DNA of 64,000 bases from Clostridia bacterium (GTDB taxonomy: Bacteria; Bacillota; Clostridia; Oscillospirales; CAG-272): assembly GCA_017517745.1 (NCBI GenBank), contig JAFWYJ010000009.1, positions 3,467-67,466 of the forward strand, read 5' to 3'. Each line of letters opens with the position of its first letter. Within the stretch, counting starts at the first letter, position 1. Below, piece after piece: positions 40,709 to 49,324 of this stretch. The notes beneath the pieces were generated by a model. The model was not told where the DNA came from, did no database searches, and saw only the letters and a list, made by a program, of their open reading frames with translations. The position numbers and the translations under genes are program-made.

Positions 40709-40754
40709 CAAAAACTGTCCTTTAGAACCCAAAGCCTAACCGTCGGGGATTTTT
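40709..40754. repeat. right inverted repeat bracketing the low-GC cassette
   Basis: CAAAAACTGTCCTTTAGAACCCAAAGCCTAACCGTCGGGGATTTTT pairs with 38528-38574. Confidence 0.75.
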
Positions 40755-40784
40755 ATACGGTGAAAAATTTTATTCAATGAAAAG

Positions 40785-40816
40785 GGAAGGCTGCGTTCGC
40801 AAGAACGCAGCCTTCC
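40785..40816 (-). terminator. terminator of pck
   Basis: Perfect 14-bp stem GGAAGGCTGCGTTC / GAACGCAGCCTTCC with loop GCAA, followed on the - strand by CTTTTC. Confidence 0.7.
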
Positions 40817-40830
40817 AAAATCTATCAGGA

Positions 40831-42615
40831 TTATTTCTTGAGATTTGCCTCGAGAATTGCCAGCTCATCGTAAAGCTCTGCGGGAACACGCTCGCCGATC
40901 TGCTTGTAGAACGCCTTGATATTCTCAACGTCCTCCAGCCAGCTTGCGTTGTCGATCGACAGCAGCTCGCGGATGGTGTCAACGGTGACGTCCTCAAGTC
41001 CCTCGATGTTGATGTCCTCAGCCTTCGGAACAAATCCGATGGGAGTCTCAACCGCATCAACCTCACCCGCGCAACGTGCGAGGATCCACATCAGAACTCT
41101 CATGTTGTCGCCGAATCCGGGCCAGATGAAGTGACCCTCGTCATCGGTGCGGAACCAGTTGACGTGGAAGATCTTGGGAGCGTTGGGGATCTTTTTGCCC
41201 ATGTTGAGCCAGTGAGCGAAGTAGTCGCCCATGTCGTAGCCAACGAAGGGACGCATTGCCATCGGATCGCGGCGAACCACACCGACTGCACCTGCTGCGG
41301 CTGCAGTGGTCTCGGAAGCCATGATCGAGCCGACGAAGGTACCGTGCTGCCAGTTGCGGGATTCGTAAACCAGCGGAGCGGTCTTTGCGCGGCGGCCGCC
41401 AAAGATGATCGCGGTCAGCGGAACACCCTTGAGGCTGTTGAACTCAGAGGAGATGCAAGGGCAGTTGGAAGCCATTGCGGTGAAACGGGAGTTGGGGTGA
41501 GCACCCGAGGTGCCAACCTTGTCTGCCTTGTCATACTTGGTGTAATCCCACTTTTCGCCTCTCCAGTTGAGCGCGTTCTTCGGAGGATTGTTGTCCAAGC
41601 CCTCCCACCAAACCGAGTTGTTGTCGAGGTCGTGGCAAACGTTGGTGAAGATGCAGTTCTTCTTGGTGGTCATCAGAGCGTTGTAGTTGGAGTGCTCGTT
41701 GGTACCGGGAGCCACGCCGAAGAAGCCGTTCTCGGGGTTGACAGCCCACAGTCTGCCGTCCTCGCCGACACGGATCCAAGCGATGTCGTCGCCGACGGTC
41801 CAAACCTTGTATCCCGCCTTCTTGTAGATTTCGGGCGGAATGAGCATTGCGAGATTGGTCTTACCGCAAGCAGAGGGGAATGCGGCAGAAATGTACTTGA
41901 CCTCGCCCTGAGGATTCTCCAGACCGAGAATGAGCATGTGCTCAGCCATCCAGCCTTCCTTACGGCCAAGGTAGGAGGCGATGCGGAGCGCGAAGCACTT
42001 CTTGCCGAGCAGAACGTTTCCGCCGTAGCCGGAGTTGACCGACCAGATGGTGTTGTCCTCGGGGAAGTGGCAGATATATCTCTTCTCCTCGTCACACTCT
42101 GCAACGGCGTGCAGACCCTTGACGAAGTCAGCGGAGTCACCCAAAGCGTCGATGACGTTCTTGCCGACTCTGGTCATGATCAGCATGTTGAGCACGACGT
42201 AGATCGAGTCGGTCAACTCAATACCGATCTTTGCAAAATCAGATCCGACAACGCCCATGGAGTAGGGGATGACGTACATGGTCTTGCCCTGATAAGAGTT
42301 CTTGTAGAGCTTGGAGAGCTTGTCATAGCACTCCTTGGGATCCATCCAGTTGTTGATGGTTCCTGCGTCCTCCTTCGTGCGGGTGCAGATGAAGGTTCTG
42401 TTCTCCACACGTGCTACGTCATTGACAGCGGTTCTGTGCAGATAGCAGTTGGGGTAGAGCTCTGCATTCAGAGGCTCCAGCTCGCCGGTCTTGCACGCTT
42501 CTGCGCGCAGAGCCTCGGTTTGCTCCTCGCTGCCGTCAATCCAAACGATCTTGTCGGGATTGACCATTTCAGCCATTTCGTTGATCCAATTCAATACAGA
42601 CTTGTTATTGGTCAT
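40831..42615 (-). CDS. pck: phosphoenolpyruvate carboxykinase (GTP)
   Basis: Start MTNNKSVLNWINEMAEMVNPDKIVWIDGS follows AAAGGAG. The kinase-1a loop is FPSACGKTNLAML. About 594 aa. Confidence 0.9.
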   Translation of the reverse strand: MTNNKSVLNWINEMAEMVNPDKIVWIDGSEEQTEALRAEACKTGELEPLNAELYPNCYLHRTAVNDVARVENRTFICTRTKEDAGTINNWMDPKECYDKLSKLYKNSYQGKTMYVIPYSMGVVGSDFAKIGIELTDSIYVVLNMLIMTRVGKNVIDALGDSADFVKGLHAVAECDEEKRYICHFPEDNTIWSVNSGYGGNVLLGKKCFALRIASYLGRKEGWMAEHMLILGLENPQGEVKYISAAFPSACGKTNLAMLIPPEIYKKAGYKVWTVGDDIAWIRVGEDGRLWAVNPENGFFGVAPGTNEHSNYNALMTTKKNCIFTNVCHDLDNNSVWWEGLDNNPPKNALNWRGEKWDYTKYDKADKVGTSGAHPNSRFTAMASNCPCISSEFNSLKGVPLTAIIFGGRRAKTAPLVYESRNWQHGTFVGSIMASETTAAAAGAVGVVRRDPMAMRPFVGYDMGDYFAHWLNMGKKIPNAPKIFHVNWFRTDDEGHFIWPGFGDNMRVLMWILARCAGEVDAVETPIGFVPKAEDINIEGLEDVTVDTIRELLSIDNASWLEDVENIKAFYKQIGERVPAELYDELAILEANLKK

Positions 42616-42891
42616 GGGTCTTTCTCCTTTATGAATAAGTAATTTTTTATTTGTTAAAATTGAGACAAAGATGACAAGCCAACTTATCACCCATTATATA
42701 TTTTACACGCTTTTTCTTTCATTTTCAAGAGACTTTTGAAAAGGTTACGATTTGTTCATAATTTTCGACAAAAATGCAAGACTAAAATCAAAAGATGAAG
42801 GAAATCCTTCAAAAAACTTGCAAAAAAGCCTTTTCAAAACCGATGTTTTATGATATAATGAGATCAGTTGCGAAGGAAGGAGGGGACGGAT

Positions 42892-43338
42892 ATGCAAAAA
42901 TTGAACACAAAAGAAAAAGCGATCATGGATGCGATCGAGGATTCGATCGCGAAAAGCGGCTTTGCCCCGAGCGTGAGAGACCTTTGCCGGATGCTGGGGT
43001 ATCGGAGCACCTCGACGGTGCAGATGTATCTGAACCGATTGGAGGACTACGGCTATATCCGCCGTGAGGACGGCAAAAGTCGTTCGATCTCCCTTTGCCG
43101 CGAAAACGCAAGGCCTTGTCGGATTCCTTTGCTGTGTGCCGATGCACCGCTCGACGCCCCGTTGTACGAGACTTTCATTGAGAAAACACTCGATTTTTGT
43201 TATTGCGGCGACCTTCCCGTCGATGCCGAGATTTTCGCGCATCATCTGCCGTCGAAGGAGACGAACGAGGTGGCTGTCGTCCTTCGCCAAAAAGGGGAAA
43301 AAGAGTTGCGCCGGCTTGCCGTCTTCATGCTCTTTTGA
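42892..43338 (+). CDS. LexA-like repressor with intact N-terminal DNA-binding domain and degenerate/truncated S24 region
   Basis: SGFAPSVRDLCRMLGYRSTSTVQMYLNRLEDYGYIRRE aligns with the LexA wHTH. It is 148 aa. It has no Ala-Gly cleavage site, no GDSM serine motif and no catalytic Lys region. Confidence 0.7.
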   Translation: MQKLNTKEKAIMDAIEDSIAKSGFAPSVRDLCRMLGYRSTSTVQMYLNRLEDYGYIRREDGKSRSISLCRENARPCRIPLLCADAPLDAPLYETFIEKTLDFCYCGDLPVDAEIFAHHLPSKETNEVAVVLRQKGEKELRRLAVFMLF

Positions 43339-43369
43339 ACGCGAAACCTTACGTTTTTTGTGGAAAAGA

Positions 43370-43408
43370 ATGGAAATGCCGAATTTGTTTGGCGTTTCCA
43401 TTTTTTTG
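43370..43408 (+). terminator. rho-independent terminator after the LexA-like gene
   Basis: ATGGAAATGCC...GGCGTTTCCAT followed by TTTTTTT. Confidence 0.65.
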
Positions 43409-43466
43409 GTCTATACTAATAAACAGACGCTATCATCATGAAAAACGAAACGGAGGCAGAAATCAA

Positions 43467-44834
43467 ATGGGAAAATATTTTGGCACGGACGGTTTTCGCG
43501 GAGAGGCGGGCGTGACGCTGACGTCCGAGCACGCGTACAAGATCGGACGCTTTTTGGGGTGGTATTACAGCGACGGCGGACGTCACCGTGTGCGCGCCGT
43601 CATCGGAAAGGATACCAGACGCTCAAGCTATATGTTTGAATACGCCATTGTTGCGGGACTCACTGCGTCGGGCGGAGATGCCTATATGCTGCACGTCACC
43701 ACCACGCCGAGCGTCTCCTTTGCCGTGGCGGGAGACGATTTTGACTGCGGTGTGATGATCTCGGCAAGCCACAATCCTTACACTGACAACGGCATCAAGC
43801 TGGTCAACCGACATGGGGAAAAGATCGACGATTCGACCATTGAACGGATCGAGACGTATCTTGACGGACGCTTGGAGGAGTTGGGGATCTCGGGTGCCGA
43901 CATTCCCTTTGCCACAGGAGAGGAGCTTGGGCGGATCGTGGACTACGCCGCGGGCAGAAACCGTTATATCGGATATCTGATCTCGCTCTCGCGCTTTTCC
44001 TTCAAGGAGTTTCGCATCGGTCTCGATTGCGCCAACGGAAGCGCGTGGATGATCGCGAAGAGCGTGTTTGACGCGTTGGGGGCGAAGACCTATACCATCG
44101 GAACCGATCCCGATGGCTTGAACATCAACCGCAATGTTGGATCGACACATGTCGAGGTGCTTGCCGAATACGTGCGGCGAAAGCAGTTGGATCTCGGTTT
44201 TGCCTTCGACGGGGATGCCGACCGCTGCATTGCCGTCGATGAGAACGGAGAGGTTGTCAACGGAGATCACATTTTGTATATTCTGGCAACCGATTTTCGG
44301 CGGCGAGGAGAGCTTGCCAATAACACCGTGGTGACCACCGTGATGTCGAACCTCGGTCTTTATCGCGCGTTGGACACCGCGGGAATCGCCTACGAGCAGA
44401 CCACCGTGGGGGATCGTTACGTTTATGAAAATATGCAAAAGAACCGGCACTGCATCGGCGGCGAGCAATCGGGACATGTCATCCTTTCCAAATTCGCGAC
44501 CACGGGAGACGGCATTCTGACTGCCATCAAGGTCATGGAGGCACTCATTGAGAGCAAGCAAAAGCTTTCCGTGCTTGCCGCACCCGTGACCATGCTCCCG
44601 CAGGTAACGAAAAATCTGCGCGTCGCAGACAAGAGAGCCGTGCGGGAGAACGAGGCGGTTTCGCGCCGTGTCAGTGAGGTGGCACAAAGATTGGGAAAGA
44701 GCGGGCGCGTTCTTTTGCGCGAGAGCGGAACCGAGCCGGTGGTGCGCGTGATGGCAGAGGCAGAGACCGAGGAGATCTGTCGGGAATGCATTGACGAGAT
44801 CGTGGATGTCATCCGCGCGGAAGGCTTGGCTTGA
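43467..44834 (+). CDS. glmM: phosphoglucosamine mutase
   Basis: MGKYFGTDGFRG start. The phosphoserine loop is SASHNPYTDNGIK. About 455 aa. Confidence 0.9.
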   Translation: MGKYFGTDGFRGEAGVTLTSEHAYKIGRFLGWYYSDGGRHRVRAVIGKDTRRSSYMFEYAIVAGLTASGGDAYMLHVTTTPSVSFAVAGDDFDCGVMISASHNPYTDNGIKLVNRHGEKIDDSTIERIETYLDGRLEELGISGADIPFATGEELGRIVDYAAGRNRYIGYLISLSRFSFKEFRIGLDCANGSAWMIAKSVFDALGAKTYTIGTDPDGLNINRNVGSTHVEVLAEYVRRKQLDLGFAFDGDADRCIAVDENGEVVNGDHILYILATDFRRRGELANNTVVTTVMSNLGLYRALDTAGIAYEQTTVGDRYVYENMQKNRHCIGGEQSGHVILSKFATTGDGILTAIKVMEALIESKQKLSVLAAPVTMLPQVTKNLRVADKRAVRENEAVSRRVSEVAQRLGKSGRVLLRESGTEPVVRVMAEAETEEICRECIDEIVDVIRAEGLA

Positions 44835-44855
44835 CGAAAGACGGAGGGGTTGCTT

Positions 44856-45548
44856 ATGAAAGAATATGAAGCATTGAAGATCACGTCGCTCTATCGCCAT
44901 GCGGAGCACTCGTTGGCATCTCCCGTGCTTGCGCGTTTTGTCTATCCTTGGGAGGCTTTGGAGGCTCTTTCGGGGTTCCTTTTGGAGATTGGTGAAACGC
45001 TTCCCGGGGAATTGTATGAAAAGAGAGGGGAATCTGTTTGGGTGGCGAAAAGTGCCGTGGTCGCCCCCGGCGCATCGATCTTGGGGCCGTGTATCGTTGG
45101 AGAGAGGGCAGAGCTTCGCCCGGGAGCCTTTGTCAGAGGCAGCGTTCTGATCGGCGCGGACGCGGTGGTTGGCAACTCCACCGAATTGAAAAATTGTATT
45201 TTGTTTGACGGTGTGCAGGTGCCGCATTATAACTATGTGGGAGATTCGATCCTCGGCTACCGCGCACACATGGGAGCGGGCGCGATCACATCAAACGTCA
45301 AGAGTGACAAGAGCCTTGTCACGGTCGATCTTGGCGATGAGCGCGTGGAGACGCGGCGAAAAAAATGCGGCGCGATGCTGGGAGATTTCGTGGAGGTGGG
45401 ATGCAACAGCGTGCTCAATCCGGGTACCGTGATCGGCGTCTGTTCCAACGTCTACCCACTCTCTTCGGTACGAGGATTCGTTCCTGCCAACAGTATTTAC
45501 AAATCCCGCGATCAGATCGTCCGAAAGGAAACGCAAACACCGTCATAA
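44856..45548 (+). CDS. left-handed beta-helix (hexapeptide-repeat) protein, GlmU C-terminal-like acyltransferase
   Basis: Hexapeptide repeats include GASILGPCIVGERAELRPGAFVRGSVLIGADAVVGNSTELKNCILFDGVQV. It lies directly downstream of glmM. The exact substrate was not determined. Confidence 0.6.
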   Translation: MKEYEALKITSLYRHAEHSLASPVLARFVYPWEALEALSGFLLEIGETLPGELYEKRGESVWVAKSAVVAPGASILGPCIVGERAELRPGAFVRGSVLIGADAVVGNSTELKNCILFDGVQVPHYNYVGDSILGYRAHMGAGAITSNVKSDKSLVTVDLGDERVETRRKKCGAMLGDFVEVGCNSVLNPGTVIGVCSNVYPLSSVRGFVPANSIYKSRDQIVRKETQTPS

Positions 45549-45553
45549 ACCCG

Positions 45554-45582
45554 AGGGGCTGTCAATTTGACAGCCCCTTTTC
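45554..45582. terminator. bidirectional terminator (LbH gene / pstB)
   Basis: AGGGGCTGTCAA / TTGACAGCCCCT palindrome followed by TTTTC. Confidence 0.65.
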
Positions 45583-46357
45583 AACCGAATTTTCCGGTGA
45601 TATAGCGTCGCGTTCGCTCGTCTCTCGGTGCTGAGAAGAGCTGTTTGGTGTCCCCGCATTCCACCAGTTCGCCCGACAGAAAGAACGCCGTTTTGTCCGA
45701 AATTCGTGCGGCTTGCCCGAGGTTGTGCGTGACCGTTACAATGGTCGTGGTTTTGCGCAATTCCAGACAAAGTTCCTCAATTTTTTCGGTGGAGATGGGA
45801 TCGAGAGCGGCGGTAGGCTCATCCATCAAGAGGATCGAGGGCTTGACGGCAAGCGCACGGGCGATGCAAATCCGTTGCTGCTGACCTCCCGAGAGACCGA
45901 GCGCCGAGCGGTTCAGCCGATCCGCGACCTCGTCCCAGATCGCCGCGCGGCGCAAAGAATCCTCCACGATCGCGTCAAGCTCCGCGCGTTTGCGGACACC
46001 GAAGGTACGAGGTCCGTAGGCGATATTGTCATAGATGCTCATGGGGAAGGGGTTCGGCTTTTGAAAAACCATTCCCACGCTTTTTCTCAGCGCGTTGACG
46101 TCGATCTTACCGTAGATCGAAACGCCGTCAATGAGAAATTCTCCCGAAACACGGCATTTTTCAACCATATCGTTCATGCGGTTGAAGCATTTGAGCAGAG
46201 TCGATTTTCCACATCCCGACGGGCCGATAAACGCCGTCAGCGTGCGCGACGGAAGATCGATGCAAATATCCTTCAGAGCATGAAACGCGCCGTACCAAAG
46301 ATCGGCGTGACGGACACGGATGCTTTGACCGAAATGGGGGATTTCACGTGCTTTCAT
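45581..46357 (-). CDS. pstB: phosphate ABC transporter ATP-binding protein
   Basis: Walker A is GPSGCGKST, the signature is LSGGQQQR, Walker B is ILLMDEP. ATGA start/stop overlap with the permease gene. Confidence 0.9.
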   Translation of the reverse strand: MKAREIPHFGQSIRVRHADLWYGAFHALKDICIDLPSRTLTAFIGPSGCGKSTLLKCFNRMNDMVEKCRVSGEFLIDGVSIYGKIDVNALRKSVGMVFQKPNPFPMSIYDNIAYGPRTFGVRKRAELDAIVEDSLRRAAIWDEVADRLNRSALGLSGGQQQRICIARALAVKPSILLMDEPTAALDPISTEKIEELCLELRKTTTIVTVTHNLGQAARISDKTAFFLSGELVECGDTKQLFSAPRDERTRRYITGKFG

Positions 46358-48147
46358 CGTGACCGCGCCTCCTTTCCTTTCGTGCTTTTTCGTTTCAGAT
46401 GTCCAATGACTGCGCGCGCAGAGAGATTGAGACTCAGCACCAACAGGATCAAAATCACCGCTGTGGCGTAGGCTTCTTCGATATGCCACCCCTCTCCCGC
46501 CAGCTGATAGAGCGCGACGGACAGCGTTGTGCCGCTGTCAAGATAGGAGCGCGGAATTGCCGTCATGACCGATCCCATGGTCCAGAGGAAGGGTGCCGAT
46601 TCTCCGATCACGCGTCCGATTGAAAGGATTACAGCAGAAAAAATGCCGGAGAGTGCCGACGGAAGAACCAATCGCAGAATCGTGCGCACCTTTCCCGCGC
46701 CCAAAGCCAGACTCCCCTCGCGCAACCCGTCGGGAACGGCAGCAAGGCTCTCTTCTGTGGTGCGCACCACGGTGGGGAGCAGCATCAGGCTGACGGTCAG
46801 AGAACCCGCCAACACCGAGGAGGAACCGCCAAAGAGCGGAAGAAAGGCAACTACGCCGAAAAGACCGTAGACGATCGAGGGGACGCCCGCGAGGGTGTCG
46901 ATCGCACTGCGGATCAAACGGACGGCAAGGCTGTTTTTTTTCGTATATTCATGCAGAAAGACCGCGGTCATCACGCCCAAAGGGATCGCGATTCCAAGAC
47001 TCAGAAGGACTGCCATCAGCGTGGCGATAAGGGAGGGCAAAAGCGTGATCTGCGCCCCGCCGAATTCATATTTTCCAAAGAGCAGATACCGCCGTGAAAG
47101 AAGCGGCGGCAGTCCTCGGAAGAGGATAAAACCGAGAAGAAGCAGAAGGATTGTACTGCAAAAAGCCGCGGAAAGCACCGAAAGCAACCTTCCCAGTGTC
47201 GGGGTGTGCGGCAGAAGTGCCTGTCTGACGATCGGCTTTCGTACAGAAGTTTTTTTGTTCTTTTCCCGAATGGCTTTTGAGGAGCGCAAAAGAAAAAGCA
47301 GATTGATGAGAAAAACGAAAAACAACAGTACCACACCGGTCGCAACGAGAGCCCCTTCATGCACCTCGCCCGCATATCCCATCTCCATGACGATGTTGGC
47401 AGTCAGTACGCGAAAGCTGTGAAAAAGTCCTTTGGGATAGGTCGGGGAATTTCCGGCAACCATCACGATCGCCATGGTCTCTCCGAGCGCACGACCGACG
47501 CCGAGAATGAGCGAGGCGGTGATGCCCGAGCGGGCAGCGGGGATCATGATGCGAAATACGGTTTCCGCGTGCGAACATCCAAGCGCACTTGAGGCATCAT
47601 AATAGCTCTGCGGGACCGATTCGAGCGCGGATTGAGACAGCGCCGTCACCGTGGGAAGAATCATGATCCCGAGAATGAGGGAGGCGGCGAGCAAGCCGCT
47701 TCCGTTGTTGGGGGAGACGAGGGAAAGGAGCGGTAACAGAAAGGAGATCCCAAAGAATCCGTAGACCACCGAAGGGATGCCTGCCAAGAGATGAATGACC
47801 GAAGCAAAGAGCCCTTGAAGCTTTTTCGGACAAAAAAAGGTGAGAAATACCGCTGTAAAATATCCCAAAATACCGCCGATCAAGAGTGCGCCCGCCGTGG
47901 CGGCAATCGTGCCGACGATCATGGTGAAGATGCCGTAATAGCCCGACAGCGGCGCGTCATAGGTGTCATATCGGCTTGGTGACCAGACGTCACCGAAAAC
48001 AAACTCCCAGACACCGATTTTTTGGAAGGCGGGAAAGCCCTTGAAAACGAGAAAAGCAAAGATCGCGATCACCGAGGCCGCGCAAAAGAGCGCCGCACCG
48101 CCAAAGATCAGTTTGCCCAAAAATTCCTTGACTCTTACCTTGTTCAT
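46354..48147 (-). CDS. fused phosphate ABC transporter permease PstC-PstA
   Basis: 597 aa. Two permease halves, each of about 6 TM helices, are joined by a basic linker ([23 protein letters not shown]). Each half carries an EAA-like loop ([19 protein letters not shown] and [19 protein letters not shown]). Confidence 0.8.
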   Translation of the reverse strand: MNKVRVKEFLGKLIFGGAALFCAASVIAIFAFLVFKGFPAFQKIGVWEFVFGDVWSPSRYDTYDAPLSGYYGIFTMIVGTIAATAGALLIGGILGYFTAVFLTFFCPKKLQGLFASVIHLLAGIPSVVYGFFGISFLLPLLSLVSPNNGSGLLAASLILGIMILPTVTALSQSALESVPQSYYDASSALGCSHAETVFRIMIPAARSGITASLILGVGRALGETMAIVMVAGNSPTYPKGLFHSFRVLTANIVMEMGYAGEVHEGALVATGVVLLFFVFLINLLFLLRSSKAIREKNKKTSVRKPIVRQALLPHTPTLGRLLSVLSAAFCSTILLLLLGFILFRGLPPLLSRRYLLFGKYEFGGAQITLLPSLIATLMAVLLSLGIAIPLGVMTAVFLHEYTKKNSLAVRLIRSAIDTLAGVPSIVYGLFGVVAFLPLFGGSSSVLAGSLTVSLMLLPTVVRTTEESLAAVPDGLREGSLALGAGKVRTILRLVLPSALSGIFSAVILSIGRVIGESAPFLWTMGSVMTAIPRSYLDSGTTLSVALYQLAGEGWHIEEAYATAVILILLVLSLNLSARAVIGHLKRKSTKGKEARSR

Positions 48148-49064
48148 GATTCCTTCGTTCCTTGTTCAATCGCGGAAAAATACTGTGTTTTACCGCAAAA
48201 AATATCGTAAAGCTCCGCAAGACTGAGATCACTCACCGCGAAATTCGAGGGATGCACCACCACCGCGATGGCATCGAGACAGAGAAGGTGGGCATTGATC
48301 CCATCGGCTTCCACTGCCACCGAGGAAAGCCCGATGACGTTTCCCGACGTATCGTTTTCCACTGCCTTTCGCCCGACCGACGAGCCTTCCAGTTGTACGT
48401 CAAAGAGATCGTCGGGATTGACGCCGTAACACTTGGCGTAATCTCTCGCGGCGGAGAGGATCAGCTTTTCCAGCGAGGTCGAACCGCGCAGAAGAATTTT
48501 CTCTCCTGAGGGAAGAGCGGAAAGCGGGGAAAAGGCGGGAAGAGCTGACTCGCCGCGACCGGGAAGGAAGCATCCCGCCGCCTCGACGTGTGATTTGACG
48601 CTGTCGCTTTGCAGATAGCGCAGAAAATCGGCGGCACGCGCTGAGAGCGGCAGTTTTTTGGTGGTCATGATCACGTAGGGGCGTTGCAACGGATAGGATC
48701 CGTCAAGAAGGGCGGCTTCGTTCGGGAACGCGCCGTTGATCGAGAGCATGCGTACGCTCTCATTGACCGAAGAGAGCGAAAGATAGCCGATGGCGTTTCG
48801 GTCAGACGCCACCGAGGTCAAAAGCGCGCCGTTTTTGGTTTGTACCACGGCACTCGCTGTCGTGTTGTGACGGATTCTGCCGTTTTCATCGGTTTCGGCG
48901 AGAAAATGAACGCCGTCGGTCACCATGCCGTCGAATGCCTCTCGCGTGCCGCTGCCGACCTCTCGCACCACAACCGTGATCTTCTTTTCAACGTGCGAGC
49001 AAGCGACAAAGGACACCAAAAGACAGACACAAAGAAGCAAAAGAATGGATTTGCCAAATTTCAT
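48144..49064 (-). CDS. pstS: PstS-family phosphate-binding lipoprotein with permuted motif order
   Basis: The lipobox is LVSFVAC. The PstS motifs occur in the order VVVREVGSGTREAF, NAIGYLSLS, Pro/Ser/Ala linker, RGSTS, EGSSVG, LAELYDIFCGK. Confidence 0.75.
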   Translation of the reverse strand: MKFGKSILLLLCVCLLVSFVACSHVEKKITVVVREVGSGTREAFDGMVTDGVHFLAETDENGRIRHNTTASAVVQTKNGALLTSVASDRNAIGYLSLSSVNESVRMLSINGAFPNEAALLDGSYPLQRPYVIMTTKKLPLSARAADFLRYLQSDSVKSHVEAAGCFLPGRGESALPAFSPLSALPSGEKILLRGSTSLEKLILSAARDYAKCYGVNPDDLFDVQLEGSSVGRKAVENDTSGNVIGLSSVAVEADGINAHLLCLDAIAVVVHPSNFAVSDLSLAELYDIFCGKTQYFSAIEQGTKES

Positions 49065-49170
49065 TTTTTGCCTCCTTGCGTCTTTTTTCTTATTTTGAGC
49101 CGCGCGATGCCGTTTTTATGTTTGTTTTTCCGCCTAACAAAAAATGTCTTTGTTTTTTCGACTTTCCTTG

Positions 49171-49199
49171 TTGACTTTTGAAAAAAAATGTGTTATAAT
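49171..49199 (+). promoter_or_regulatory. sigma-A promoter of the pfl operon
   Basis: TTGACT (49171-49176), 17-nt spacer, TATAAT (49194-49199), with TG two nt upstream of the -10. Confidence 0.65.
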
Positions 49200-49218
49200 G
49201 TTATCGAACAAAAATCAG

Positions 49219-49291
49219 CGTTTGCATGACTGACGGATAATGCGGGTCACCGCAGGGGAATACAAACGTTATAAAGCCGACCGTCTGGGCA
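49219..49291 (+). promoter_or_regulatory. ZTP riboswitch (pfl motif) aptamer
   Basis: P1 is CGTTTGCAT / ATACAAACG. Conserved cores are GACTGACGGA, P2 GCGG-GTCA-CCGC and GGGG. After a linker comes the 3' subdomain GCCGACCGTCTGGGCA. It lies in the leader of pflB. Confidence 0.85.
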
Positions 49292-49324
49292 ATTCAGTTT
49301 ACAAAAGCTGATTTGCCTTTTTTT
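49288..49324 (+). terminator. riboswitch expression-platform terminator
   Basis: GGCAATTCAG / CTGATTTGCC stem (9 of 10 pairs) followed by TTTTTTT. The left arm overlaps the CTGGGC pseudoknot element of the aptamer. Confidence 0.75.

Larger units (their letters stand above)
38528..40754. mobile_element. IR-bounded low-GC cassette (possible non-autonomous insertion) carrying one sigma-factor gene
   Basis: About 46-bp inverted repeats sit at both ends. Interior lines hand-count to roughly 27-45% GC, against 52-55% in the flanking genes. It has its own promoter and terminator and no recombinase gene. Confidence 0.4.

Noticed and set aside
40777-42642. 621-aa ORF on the + strand
   Set aside because: It lies exactly antisense to the well-supported GTP-PEPCK gene. 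It has low-complexity, G/V/A/D/L-rich composition typical of shadow ORFs in GC-rich coding DNA, and no RBS or recognisable motif.
49117-49159. Direct repeats TATGTTTGTTTTTCC / TGTCTTTGTTTTTTC upstream of pstS as possible Pho boxes
   Set aside because: The spacing is 28 nt start to start, which does not fit the ~11-nt periodicity of PhoP/PhoB boxes. The sequence is simply T-rich promoter DNA, and there is no regulator gene nearby to anchor the call.
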